64,000 nt of DNA from an uncultured Nitrospiraceae bacterium (GTDB taxonomy: Bacteria; Nitrospirota; Thermodesulfovibrionia; Thermodesulfovibrionales; SM23-35): assembly GCA_963727775.1 (NCBI GenBank), contig CAVSHB010000002.1, positions 704,001 to 768,000 of the forward strand, given 5' to 3'. The notes beneath the pieces were generated by a model. It ran no database searches, had not been told where the DNA came from, and saw nothing but the letters and a program-made list of their open reading frames with translations. Positions 9,355 to 19,257 of this stretch are shown here, in pieces. Both the position numbers and the translations under genes were made by a program. The first letter of the stretch is position 1, and each line of letters begins with the position of its first letter.

Positions 9355-11166
9355 TTAGAATATTATTCGAACTCCGCCTAATTCCTGAACCGAAAATATT
9401 TGTTTCTCTGTCAAAGAACCCATGAACATCATATTGTTAGGCACTCCTATTTCTTTTGAAAGGTGGTCAACAGTCTTCGGATTGAACTTTTCTTGCCGAG
9501 CTTGATATTCAATCTTCATATCAGGGAAAAGTTCACGAATTGCATTCAGATTTTTCTGCAGTTGTTCTTCTATTGATGGATCATCATGAATATAATAGCG
9601 CAATACTAAGACGTTATTGCTCACTTCATTTTGATTAATATAATTAAAAGCCCTAACTAAGCGGTTTAAATGACCTAAGCGTACAAAAAGCACCACCCGG
9701 ACATTTGTTATCTCTTCTATTTTTTCGTCAACTCCCTGACGCCACATCGAGAACTTAGCCAATGACTTGTCAATGAAAATCAAAATACCTTTGAGGATTG
9801 GAATACGGAGATACATAAGGATACCACCCGTAACAGCAGGGATAAAGTAGATAGCAAAATACCACAAAAAACGATAATCAATGATAAGATTTCCAATTAT
9901 TCCTGCAACAGTAGCTGAAGCACCTATAATTACTGTAGTCCAACTCGCAATATAGGTTCGCTTGAGTTCTTTGCGATTTACTTTTATGAGAGTATTGCCT
10001 AAGGCAAAGGCTGTCATGACTGAGAGGAAAGAGATGGTATACACTCCTGCTAGGGAAAGTAAATTCCCTTGCGTCAAATAAAGTATTGATATACAAAGGA
10101 TCATAAACCCAAAAATGATCCAAGGATAACTGCCTCGTCTGGTTGATTTGAGGAGAAATTGAGGAAAACATTGGTCCAAAGTCATGCGATGTACTAATCC
10201 ACTTACTCCTACATAACTGGTGAGCACGGCACCTGATAGCACCAAGCATGCGTCTAAGTCAATGAGTGTTTCAAGTGGATGATTACCTACCATCAATCCT
10301 AATTGGGAAAGGAGATTATCTTTTGCTTGAACAATTTGTGCCTCTGGCATTAAATTCAGAGCCAACAGCGCAATGAGCGGGTTGAATATGGTTACAGATA
10401 ACCACATATTTCTTAAAGTTATGCGAAATATACCTGATTGCTGCTGTTCAACATAGTTTGCTGAAGTTTCGAATCCGCTTACCCCCAGCATAGCAGCTGA
10501 GAACCCCAAGAAAAGTGATTTCAACCAATTGCCCTGCTGAAACATTAAATTCCAATTATTTACCCAATGCAATGGTACATGATGGACGAATATAATCCAA
10601 AGGCTTCCAAAAACAAAGATAGTAAGGGTGCCAATATGTAAAAGAAATATGATTAAGGCAACACGTGCAGAATCTTTGATTCCCGTGATAACGAGAACGG
10701 CAAAAATTATCATCACTGCTGAAGTAGTTTCCATGGATGGCAACGAAGGTACAAGATCCCTTAAATACTCTACCGACGTCTTGGCTGATACCACAGCTGT
10801 AGCAAGATAGGCGAGAAGACTAAGGCAAGCAGCAAAACCAGCATCAAACTTCCTGGTACTGTTCAATAAGCAATTATATACGCCGCCATCTAAGGGCAAA
10901 GCTTCTACTACTTCAATATATATCTTGCGATATAAATACAACACTCCTGCAACCAGAAGCAGAGCTATTGGCGCAAGGGCATGTGCGTAAACAATAGAAA
11001 TAGCCGAAACATAGAGACAGGATGAGGTGATATCATTTCCACAAAATGATGTTGCATACCAAGGTCCAAGGCCTTTTTTCTTGGCACCGTGAATGAGTTC
11101 TTCTGGTGTAAGAGCTTTTTCACCGGTTGGATGCTCTGAGAGTTCTGTTTCGGATAGATTACTCAT
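9355..11166 (-). CDS. APC-family amino acid permease with soluble C-terminal domain
   Basis: GNDITSSCLY, GFETSANY motifs, about 12 TM segments; likely ATG at 11166; AT-rich. Confidence 0.8.
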   Translation of the reverse strand: MSNLSETELSEHPTGEKALTPEELIHGAKKKGLGPWYATSFCGNDITSSCLYVSAISIVYAHALAPIALLLVAGVLYLYRKIYIEVVEALPLDGGVYNCLLNSTRKFDAGFAACLSLLAYLATAVVSAKTSVEYLRDLVPSLPSMETTSAVMIIFAVLVITGIKDSARVALIIFLLHIGTLTIFVFGSLWIIFVHHVPLHWVNNWNLMFQQGNWLKSLFLGFSAAMLGVSGFETSANYVEQQQSGIFRITLRNMWLSVTIFNPLIALLALNLMPEAQIVQAKDNLLSQLGLMVGNHPLETLIDLDACLVLSGAVLTSYVGVSGLVHRMTLDQCFPQFLLKSTRRGSYPWIIFGFMILCISILYLTQGNLLSLAGVYTISFLSVMTAFALGNTLIKVNRKELKRTYIASWTTVIIGASATVAGIIGNLIIDYRFLWYFAIYFIPAVTGGILMYLRIPILKGILIFIDKSLAKFSMWRQGVDEKIEEITNVRVVLFVRLGHLNRLVRAFNYINQNEVSNNVLVLRYYIHDDPSIEEQLQKNLNAIRELFPDMKIEYQARQEKFNPKTVDHLSKEIGVPNNMMFMGSLTEKQIFSVQELGGVRIIF

Positions 11167-11438
11167 TTCCGATGAACACGGGAGGAGAGCACTAAATGAC
11201 AAATGTTTCCCTTTATCTCATTCATTTTTGTCCTTTCTCTATTTACATTAACGATACTACATTTTCAACAAACTGTATATGTAAGAAAAATCATAATTTT
11301 ATGAATAATTCCCGTTGCCCAATGTAACATCGAGCCTGTAAATTATCTATTAATTAATCAATTTATTTATTGATTATTTTTTATAAGTAATGTATAAAAA
11401 ATATTAGATTTACATATTTGAGCATATGAGGAATAATT

Positions 11439-11669
11439 ATGTCTTATCAAATTAGTGATGGGACTAAAAAGCAGACACTCAGGTGCACGCGTGACTTTCA
11501 ATGTTTGAATGTCGGTTGCAACATATGCCGGACCTCAAAGAACCTTGAAAGCACTCCCATTATTAAAGGCCCTAAACATCTTTTCTGTTCTTACTTCCTG
11601 TCATATGGAACTATATTGTTTTGTCTGTGTCCCACCAGACATGAATTGCACAATCGTTATGGCGTATAA
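11439..11669 (+). CDS. Small cysteine-rich hypothetical protein
   Basis: GAGG RBS; 76 aa with 7 Cys ending CLCPTRHELHNRYGV. Confidence 0.55.
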   Translation: MSYQISDGTKKQTLRCTRDFQCLNVGCNICRTSKNLESTPIIKGPKHLFCSYFLSYGTILFCLCPTRHELHNRYGV

Positions 11670-11744
11670 CATCATACAAAACAAATTTTGGAGCGATGAT
11701 ACCTTAAGTCGCCGCATAAAGTTTCAAATAGAAATGAGAGTCAA

Positions 11745-14657
11745 ATGAGTCGGGCAGATACTAAGGCGAAAAAGGTGAAATGCTGGGAAGTTTTCAAGTG
11801 CAAAGAGAAAAAGTGTCCGGTTTATGAAGCAAAAGAACTGAACTGCTGGCTGATCTCAGGGACACACTGTCGAAACATTATCCATGGGAAATTCATAGAG
11901 AAGATGGAGATATGCCTCGGCTGCAAAGTTTATAAGGCGAATATAGACATCCCTTCTATGAAAAAGACTGCAAAAGTCTTAGATAAACAATTTAAAAATT
12001 TCAGGAACATTGTTCGGGAAAGAGACAAAGAACTTAGAAACGTAAGCATGGAATTGGCACTTAGTTTATCCGAGGTTTTCGAGGCCCTAAAGAAGATTTC
12101 ATCCGGAGACCTTACGGTGAGGATTCCTGAAACATCTGAAGTTGAATTGATCGAAAAGTTAAAACACTTAATTAATCTCACGGCCAAAGAAATCGGGGAG
12201 ATCGTCGACCAATCCCATGAAATTGCGATAGGGCTTGCCGAGCATTTCGATGTTTTGCACAGGGTATCGAGAGGCGAATTATACACCAGGGCGTCCGGCG
12301 GTTATCAGACAGAATTATTGGAATCACTGAAAGATGTAACAAACGATATGATTGACGGCATATCAGAGAAAATCGCAGAACGAATGGAGGCGGAGGAAGC
12401 TTTAAGGATTTCTGAAGAAAAATACCGCAACCTCGTCGACAACGCCCTGGTGGGAATATGCAAGACCAATCTGAAAGGCGATGTTCTCTATGTAAATGAA
12501 GCTTTGTTAAAGATAATGGAGATTGACTCCCCTGAAACAATAACCGGGAAAGGTGTCTTATCAGCATATAATAATCCTTCTAAAAGAGAGAGTTTGATTG
12601 AAGAGCTCAGAAGAAACAATAGGATAAAAAACTACGAAGTTGAACTGCTTACAGATACGGGAAAGATAAAAAAAGTGTTGCTCAATGCGATTCTCGAAGG
12701 AGATACCATATCGGGAATGGTGATGGACCTGACCGAACATAAGAAGACGGAGGAGGCCTTGAGGGAAAGTGAAAAAAGGTTCCGGGCTATCAGCAATACC
12801 GCTGCCGACGCCATTCTCCTTATGAACAATGAAGGCAAAATCTCTTACTGGAATCCTACTGCCGAAAAGATATTCGGTTATACGAGCGAGGAAGCAATGG
12901 GAAAAGATTTGCATATGTTTCTTGCCCCCGAAAGATATCATAAAGATTACAGGAGAGGATTCAGCAAATTCAGCAATACGGGAGAAGGCATCGCTATCGG
13001 GAAGACATTCGAATTTTTTGCTCTGAAGAAAGACGGCACTGAATTCCCTATCGAGGTCTCCACTTCAGCGATACAGATTAAGGGCATGTGGCACGCTATC
13101 GGCATCGTGAGAGACGTCAGTGAACGAAAGCTGGCTGAAATAGCTTTGACAATGTCCGAGCAAAAATATCGCACTTTATTTGAAGAATCAAAAGACGTCA
13201 TCTTCATCAGCACTCCTGACGGGACCTTTCTTGACATTAATCCTGCCGGCATCGAGCTATTCGGTTATTCTTCCAGAGAAGAAATGCTCGCAATCGACAT
13301 AGCCCGGGACCTTTATGTGAATTCCGACGATAGAAAAACCTGTTTGCGGATTATCGAAGAGCAGGGATATGTAAAAGATTATGAAGTGGAATTAAAAAGA
13401 AAAGACGGAAAACATGTGATTGCGCTTATGTCGAACGGAACAGTTCGGGACAACAAAGGAGAAATCATTGCGTATCGCGGAATCATTAAAGATATTACCG
13501 AACGGAAGCGTCTTGAGCAGCAGCTTCTTCAAGCGCAGAAAATGGAGGCGATAGGTCAACTTGCAGGGGGCATCGCCCATGATTTTAACAACATACTTAC
13601 TGCAATAATAGGGTATGGGAACATTATAAAAATGCAGATAGATAAAGACACCTCACTCAGCGCCTATATGACTTACATCCTCGATTCAGCTGAAAGGGCC
13701 GCCAAACTTACCCAGGACCTTCTGGCCTTCGGCAGAAGGCAGATGATCAGGCCAAACCCGGCAAACCTGAACGAGATCATAAAAGGGGTGGAGAAGATTT
13801 TACTCAGACTGATCGGTGAAGATATAGAGCTTTCAATATTTCTTTCAGAGAAGGACCTGACAATAATGGCGGACAGCACCCAGATAGAACAGGTATTGAT
13901 GAACCTTGCCACAAACGCAAGGGACGCAATGCCTGAAGGGGGGAGTTTAATCATTACCACAGATATTGTCGAAATCGATGAGCGGTTCATAAAAGTTTAC
14001 AACTACGGGAAAGCGGGCAAGTTCGTACTCATTACTGTCTCGGACACGGGCATCGGCATGGACGAACAGACAAAAAGCAGGATTTTCGAGCCGTTCTTCA
14101 CAACAAAGGAGATTGGAAAGGGGACAGGTCTCGGGCTTGCAATGTCGTATGGAATAGTGAAACAACATTATGGATTTATAAATGTATATAGCGAACCTCA
14201 AAAGGGCTCTGCATTCAAAATATATCTGCCCTTAATAAACGTTGGGAGTGTAAAAGTCAAGGAAAGAGAATTAGTAACGACACAAAAGGGAACGGAGACG
14301 ATCCTCCTGGCAGAAGACGATATGCTGGTCCGACAATTTTTACGTGATGTGCTTGAAGGCGCCGGATATACCATATTAGAAGCAGCGGACGGGGAGGATG
14401 CGATAAAGGTTTTCAATGAGGGCAAAGATAAAATCCGTATGCTCATCCTCGATGTCATAATGCCGAAGAAGAACGGCAAAGAGGTTTATGAAGCTATAAA
14501 AAAGACAAGTCCTCATATTAAAGCTATTTTTACGAGCGGTTATAGCGCGGATATTATTTACAAAAAAGGGGTCCTGGAAAGGGGGCTTGAAGTTATTCCC
14601 AAGCCTGTTTCATCAGATACCCTATTAATAAAGATAAGAGAATTATTGGACCGCTGA
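11745..14657 (+). CDS. Hybrid sensor histidine kinase (Cys-rich two-CW N-terminus, HAMP-like, 3 PAS, HisKA, HATPase, REC)
   Basis: CWE..C..C..CW..C..CxxC; AGGIAHDFNN H-box; GKGTGLGL; DVIMP receiver. Confidence 0.92.
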   Translation: MSRADTKAKKVKCWEVFKCKEKKCPVYEAKELNCWLISGTHCRNIIHGKFIEKMEICLGCKVYKANIDIPSMKKTAKVLDKQFKNFRNIVRERDKELRNVSMELALSLSEVFEALKKISSGDLTVRIPETSEVELIEKLKHLINLTAKEIGEIVDQSHEIAIGLAEHFDVLHRVSRGELYTRASGGYQTELLESLKDVTNDMIDGISEKIAERMEAEEALRISEEKYRNLVDNALVGICKTNLKGDVLYVNEALLKIMEIDSPETITGKGVLSAYNNPSKRESLIEELRRNNRIKNYEVELLTDTGKIKKVLLNAILEGDTISGMVMDLTEHKKTEEALRESEKRFRAISNTAADAILLMNNEGKISYWNPTAEKIFGYTSEEAMGKDLHMFLAPERYHKDYRRGFSKFSNTGEGIAIGKTFEFFALKKDGTEFPIEVSTSAIQIKGMWHAIGIVRDVSERKLAEIALTMSEQKYRTLFEESKDVIFISTPDGTFLDINPAGIELFGYSSREEMLAIDIARDLYVNSDDRKTCLRIIEEQGYVKDYEVELKRKDGKHVIALMSNGTVRDNKGEIIAYRGIIKDITERKRLEQQLLQAQKMEAIGQLAGGIAHDFNNILTAIIGYGNIIKMQIDKDTSLSAYMTYILDSAERAAKLTQDLLAFGRRQMIRPNPANLNEIIKGVEKILLRLIGEDIELSIFLSEKDLTIMADSTQIEQVLMNLATNARDAMPEGGSLIITTDIVEIDERFIKVYNYGKAGKFVLITVSDTGIGMDEQTKSRIFEPFFTTKEIGKGTGLGLAMSYGIVKQHYGFINVYSEPQKGSAFKIYLPLINVGSVKVKERELVTTQKGTETILLAEDDMLVRQFLRDVLEGAGYTILEAADGEDAIKVFNEGKDKIRMLILDVIMPKKNGKEVYEAIKKTSPHIKAIFTSGYSADIIYKKGVLERGLEVIPKPVSSDTLLIKIRELLDR

Positions 14658-14777
14658 AACCATTATCATATCCAAAATTGATTTCGTCTTTTTATGATTT
14701 CGTTTTTTTCAGGGAAGAACGGTATAATATTTTGACGGTGGTGGATATTATTATTCTCAGGAAAAGGGGAAATCGCG

Positions 14778-15074
14778 ATGGCGAAAAACAAAGACGATAA
14801 ACGGCTCATTCAGGATTTCAGATTACGTCAGAGCCGTCAATTCCTTGCTATAGCTGTAACGCTGATACTGCTTATATTTCTTACTTTAATATATAAACGG
14901 CCTGATATCTTCGGAAATGTTCCAAAGGATATTATATTTGCAGTGCAGGTTATGAGCATCGCTGCGTTTATCGGTTTCAGCTCTTTTAACTGGAGATGCC
15001 CCTCGTGTAAAAAATATCTGGGCGCAGATATCAACAGATGCATATGCAGACGCTGCGGGACAAGATTGCAATAA
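14778..15074 (+). CDS. Small membrane protein with C-terminal zinc ribbon
   Basis: Two TM helices then CPSC...CRRCG. Confidence 0.7.
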   Translation: MAKNKDDKRLIQDFRLRQSRQFLAIAVTLILLIFLTLIYKRPDIFGNVPKDIIFAVQVMSIAAFIGFSSFNWRCPSCKKYLGADINRCICRRCGTRLQ

Positions 15075-15116
15075 GGGGAAACTTAAAGAAAAGACGTTTT
15101 TATAGGAGCTAACTTT

Positions 15117-15461
15117 TTGGGAAACAGACCTCGGAAAATCAGGAGACTTCAGCCGAAAAAACCGGTAGAAGGCAAAACCGTTGCTGAAATTGTCAGGGAA
15201 TTAAAAGAGAGCACACCGTCTGCCGTCGATTACAGGGAACAATCCCTGAAAATCCACGGCCTGTTCTGCGCAAAATGCGGTAGAGAATTCGATTTCAAAA
15301 GCCGGAATCTGTTGACTGTGCACCACAAAGACGGGAACCGCCTGAATAACCCTCCTAATGGCTCTAATTGGGAGAACCTTTGCGTTTATTGTCATGACGA
15401 TGAACACAGCAGGGGACTTCTCGGAGATTATCTGAAAGGGAAAGACAGGAGACAGATTTAG
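15117..15461 (+). CDS. yajD: YajD-family HNH nuclease
   Basis: YREQSLKIHG..CAKCGREF..LTVHHKDGN..NWENLCVYCHDDEH. Confidence 0.8.
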   Translation: MGNRPRKIRRLQPKKPVEGKTVAEIVRELKESTPSAVDYREQSLKIHGLFCAKCGREFDFKSRNLLTVHHKDGNRLNNPPNGSNWENLCVYCHDDEHSRGLLGDYLKGKDRRQI

Positions 15462-15463
15462 AT

Positions 15464-17965
15464 ATGCCACGAAGTAAAGTAACTCCCGCACCATCGCCGG
15501 AATCGGGTGAGGATATCCGCACGGGACTGAGCGTTCAAGCTATCAGGCAATCCTTGCTTGATAATCTCTACTTCCACCTCGCAAAAATTTCGCAGACCGC
15601 AACGCTGAGCGACTGGTACACCGCGCTTGCGTATACAGTCCGGGACAGGATGATGCAACGCTGGGTCAAAACGCTCGGGAACTTTACGGAAGATCTTACG
15701 ATGGTTGCATACTTGTCTGCCGAATTTCTTTTAGGACCACAACTCGGTAATAACCTCATCAACCTCGGTATCTATAATGAGACCTTTCAGGCTGTTAAAG
15801 GGTTAGGTCTTAATCTGAACGAACTTATCGGACAAGAGAAGGAACCCGGTCTCGGCAACAGCGGCGTTGGAAGGTTCGCGGCCTGCTGCATGGATTCACT
15901 ATCAACGACCGGGATCCCGGCGATCGGGTACGGGGTGCGATACGAGTTCGGAGCGTTTACCCAGGAGATCCGGGACGGGGGGCAAGTCGAAATGACCGAC
16001 AAGTGGCTTCGCGCCAGCAACCCCTGGGAGGTCTCGCGCCCCGATATCACTTACAATATAAATCTCGGCGGCAGCACGGAGTCGTATTATGATGAGCAGG
16101 ACTGCTTCAGAGTGCGGTGGATTCCAAAGTTTTCTATCAAAGGGACTGCTTATGATACACCTTTATCCGGCTATAGGAGCGCTGCGACGAATCTGCTGCG
16201 TCTCTGGAAATCCGATTCTATCGAATCCTTTGACTGCGACGCCTTTAAAAACGGGGACTACTTCGGAGCGCTTAACGAGAAGATCGCTTCGGAATCAATC
16301 GGCAAGATACTCTATCCCGATGACGAACCATACGCCGGCAAACAGTTGCGGCTTGCCCAGCAGTATTTCTTTGTATCGTGCGCTCTCCAGGATATGATCC
16401 GCCTGCACCTCCTGCGCTGGAAAAACATCAGTTCTTTTTCTAACTCCTTTGCCGTGCAGCTGAATGATACCCAACCCGCGATTGCCGTGGCAGAACTCAT
16501 GAGACTATTGGTGGATGAACATCTGGTGAACTGGGACAAAGCCTGGTACATCACTCAGGACACCTTTTCATATACAAACCACACTTTTTTACCTGAAGCA
16601 GTCGAGAAGTGGCCGCTGTCTTTATTTGCGGGCATTCTCCCGAGGCACCTTGAAATCATCTATGAAATAAACCGGCGCTTCCTTGACGAGATATGGCTGA
16701 AATATCCCGATAATAACGAGAAGCTGTCCCATTTCTCTCTCATCGACGAGAGTGACCAGAAATATGTCAGGATGGCGCAATTGGCGGGACTGGGAAGCCA
16801 CACAATCAATGGGGTTTCAGAAACACACTCAGAGCTGCTTAAGGGTTCTATACTCCCCGAGCTTTATGAAGTATATCCCGAGAGGTTCATTAATATAACA
16901 GCCGGAGTGACACCCAGACGCTGGGTTATACTAAGCAACTCGAGGCTCGCTGGGCTTATCACAGATACAATCGGCGACCGATGGGTCACACAACCGGAAG
17001 AACTAAAAAAGCTTGAACCCTTTGCCGGCAACAAAGACTTTATTAAAAAGTGGCAACAGGTCAAGCTTGAAAATAAACGTGATCTCTCGCGAATCATTTA
17101 TGACAGGACAGGGACCACTGTCGATCCCGGCATGCTCTTCGACATCCAGATGAAGTGTCTGAGTGAGCACAAACGACAGCACCTTAATGTCCTCCGCATA
17201 ATAACTCTTTACAACGGGATCAGGAAAAATCCAAGCGCGAGCATCACTCCGCGTGCGTTCATCTTCGGAGGCAAATCAGCTCCCGGCAATTTTACAGCCA
17301 AGCTTATTATAAAACTGATCAATTCCGTTGCCGAAATGGTAAATGATGATCCGGACGTAGCAGGACGGTTGAAGGTTGTTTTCTTCCCGGACTTTAACGT
17401 AAAGAACGGACAAATGATTTACCCGGCTGCCGATCTCTCCGAACAAATATCTACTGCGGGGAGGGAAGCCTCGGGGACAGGGAACATGAAATTCTCCATG
17501 AACGGAGCTTTGACCATAGGCACGGCGAACGGGGCGAATATCGAGATAAGTCATGAAGTGGGCGCCGAAAACTTCTTCCTTTGCGGGTTGACGGCAGAAG
17601 AAGTATATAACATAAAATCTCAGGGCTACAATCCTATGGTTTACTATAGCGCCGATCAGGACTTAAAGGAAGCGATCGATCTTATCAGCTCCGGGTTCTT
17701 CTCCAAAAAAGATACAAACATGTTCAAGCCTTTGATTGACTCACTCCTTCGCCGTGATGAATACATGTCGCTGGCCGATTACCGGTCTTACATCGATTGC
17801 CAGGACCGCATAGACATTGCGTTTAAGGACCAGGAAAAGTGGACGCAGATGTCTGTCCTCACTGTTGCCCGGATGGGGAAGTTCTCATCTGACAGGGCCA
17901 TCCGCGAGTATAACGAAAAAATATGGCATGCCTCGCCTTTGAAAACCGACACGGAGAATGCATAA
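15464..17965 (+). CDS. glgP: Glycogen/starch phosphorylase homolog with substituted active-site residues
   Basis: 833 aa; EASGTGNMK PLP motif, YTNHT, FSSDR. Confidence 0.9.
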   Translation: MPRSKVTPAPSPESGEDIRTGLSVQAIRQSLLDNLYFHLAKISQTATLSDWYTALAYTVRDRMMQRWVKTLGNFTEDLTMVAYLSAEFLLGPQLGNNLINLGIYNETFQAVKGLGLNLNELIGQEKEPGLGNSGVGRFAACCMDSLSTTGIPAIGYGVRYEFGAFTQEIRDGGQVEMTDKWLRASNPWEVSRPDITYNINLGGSTESYYDEQDCFRVRWIPKFSIKGTAYDTPLSGYRSAATNLLRLWKSDSIESFDCDAFKNGDYFGALNEKIASESIGKILYPDDEPYAGKQLRLAQQYFFVSCALQDMIRLHLLRWKNISSFSNSFAVQLNDTQPAIAVAELMRLLVDEHLVNWDKAWYITQDTFSYTNHTFLPEAVEKWPLSLFAGILPRHLEIIYEINRRFLDEIWLKYPDNNEKLSHFSLIDESDQKYVRMAQLAGLGSHTINGVSETHSELLKGSILPELYEVYPERFINITAGVTPRRWVILSNSRLAGLITDTIGDRWVTQPEELKKLEPFAGNKDFIKKWQQVKLENKRDLSRIIYDRTGTTVDPGMLFDIQMKCLSEHKRQHLNVLRIITLYNGIRKNPSASITPRAFIFGGKSAPGNFTAKLIIKLINSVAEMVNDDPDVAGRLKVVFFPDFNVKNGQMIYPAADLSEQISTAGREASGTGNMKFSMNGALTIGTANGANIEISHEVGAENFFLCGLTAEEVYNIKSQGYNPMVYYSADQDLKEAIDLISSGFFSKKDTNMFKPLIDSLLRRDEYMSLADYRSYIDCQDRIDIAFKDQEKWTQMSVLTVARMGKFSSDRAIREYNEKIWHASPLKTDTENA

Positions 17966-18032
17966 TTAGGTCAATTGAGAATAAAAATTAGAATTAAAGA
18001 TGATAAATATCTGTGACATAACAAACAGTTTC

Positions 18033-18620
18033 TTAATGAAAAAATGGAATGCGGAATATTAATAGATAACCATTAAGCATAAATAGGCTTCCCAATCCGG
18101 CAGCTATCAAAGCAAAAAGGAATATGTATCTGGAAACTGCGAGAATAGAGATTGAAGCCATAACAATAGAAATTTGGAGCAGGACCTCCGCATAGTCAAA
18201 GTAAGGGTCTTTGCTACGATTTACGTCACGCTCATGTTCGAGATCCTTGGCATCCTGTTCGATCTTTTTCTTCTCAGCATTAAAGCGCAGTTCTTCGTCG
18301 CTTACTTTTTTCAGCATTGTTTCATATTTTTCTCTGACTTCCGGTTTTATTGAAGCTCCCCATTTGAGCAGGTCCGCTTCTATACGCATCTTCTCGATTT
18401 TATAGAAATGTTCCCGGATCACCTTAGACTGATAAAATGCCCACTGGTCAGAAGATTGCTGTTGCGCAAGAATCATCTCCTTCATCGCATTATTCCCTCC
18501 CAATGAGGTGATAGCGAGAATAACAGCAAAAATAGCGGTAGTGAGTGCGACCCGTCTTGTGAACTGTTTACCTCTTGCTTCTTCGAGTTCCTCAGTATTC
18601 GGAAGTTCAACTTCAGGCAT
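18033..18620 (-). CDS. DUF4337-like membrane protein
   Basis: ATG at 18620 with AAAGGAG RBS; QSSDQWAFYQSK motif, coiled region, C-terminal TMs. Confidence 0.75.
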   Translation of the reverse strand: MPEVELPNTEELEEARGKQFTRRVALTTAIFAVILAITSLGGNNAMKEMILAQQQSSDQWAFYQSKVIREHFYKIEKMRIEADLLKWGASIKPEVREKYETMLKKVSDEELRFNAEKKKIEQDAKDLEHERDVNRSKDPYFDYAEVLLQISIVMASISILAVSRYIFLFALIAAGLGSLFMLNGYLLIFRIPFFH

Positions 18621-18675
18621 TAAATTCACTCCTTTCCAAAGATTTGTTTTAAATAACTTTTTTTTATTAATCTCC

Positions 18676-18801
18676 ATACCCCGCCGTCTCTGCGGCGGGC
18701 ACCTTACGTCGTCGGGGTGCAGGGCGTCGGAGCGAAGCGCAGACCCTTGCCGACCCACGGGGTCTAATACCCCGTGGTGTCGAAACGAGCAAAGCGAGTT
18801 T
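18676..18801. repeat. GC-rich multi-hairpin REP-like element
   Basis: Hairpins CCCGCCG/CGGCGGG, GCACC/GGTGC, AGGG/CCCT around GCGAAGC, CCACGGGG/CCCCGTGG; ATACCCCG occurs twice; lies in AT-rich intergenic DNA. Confidence 0.6.
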
Positions 18802-19257
18802 AGTTTATTATATGACTTTATTTTGAAAATTACATTGAATATGATAAGTTTGCCCCGGATATATAATGCTCTTGGTTGAATAACAGCTACGTCCTAAAAA
18901 TACGGAAACCTTAAAGACTCGACCAAGATGGACAGTTCTCATGGTAAGATTATATCCATAGTTTCCATAATAGCTATTTACCAATATCTGGATATCTATA
19001 TGACATTTGTGTAAAAAAATGCTAAGTTTATAGTATGAAAATTGGATTCCTATTAATTCGTGTAAAAAATATTTAATTGGAGAAAATAAAGGCTGAAAGA
19101 ATTATTCTTCGTGGATGATTGCCCGTTTCAGTTTTTCCATTACAATAGAAGTAACCCCCGATATCCTGATAGTGTATGAAATCTTTGCGGTCGGCAAAAA
19201 CGCTGGGCGATCTTGAGGCGTTATCTCGGTGTATAAACTGTCACAGCTAACAAATTA

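Noticed and set aside
18621..18758. N-terminal extension of the DUF4337-like ORF
   Set aside because: Runs through the hairpin element; a strong RBS precedes ATG 18620
19149..19227. Possible attC (TAAC...GGCGTTATCT) before the NoeA-like gene
   Set aside because: L-box pairing is poor and there is no matching attC after the gene
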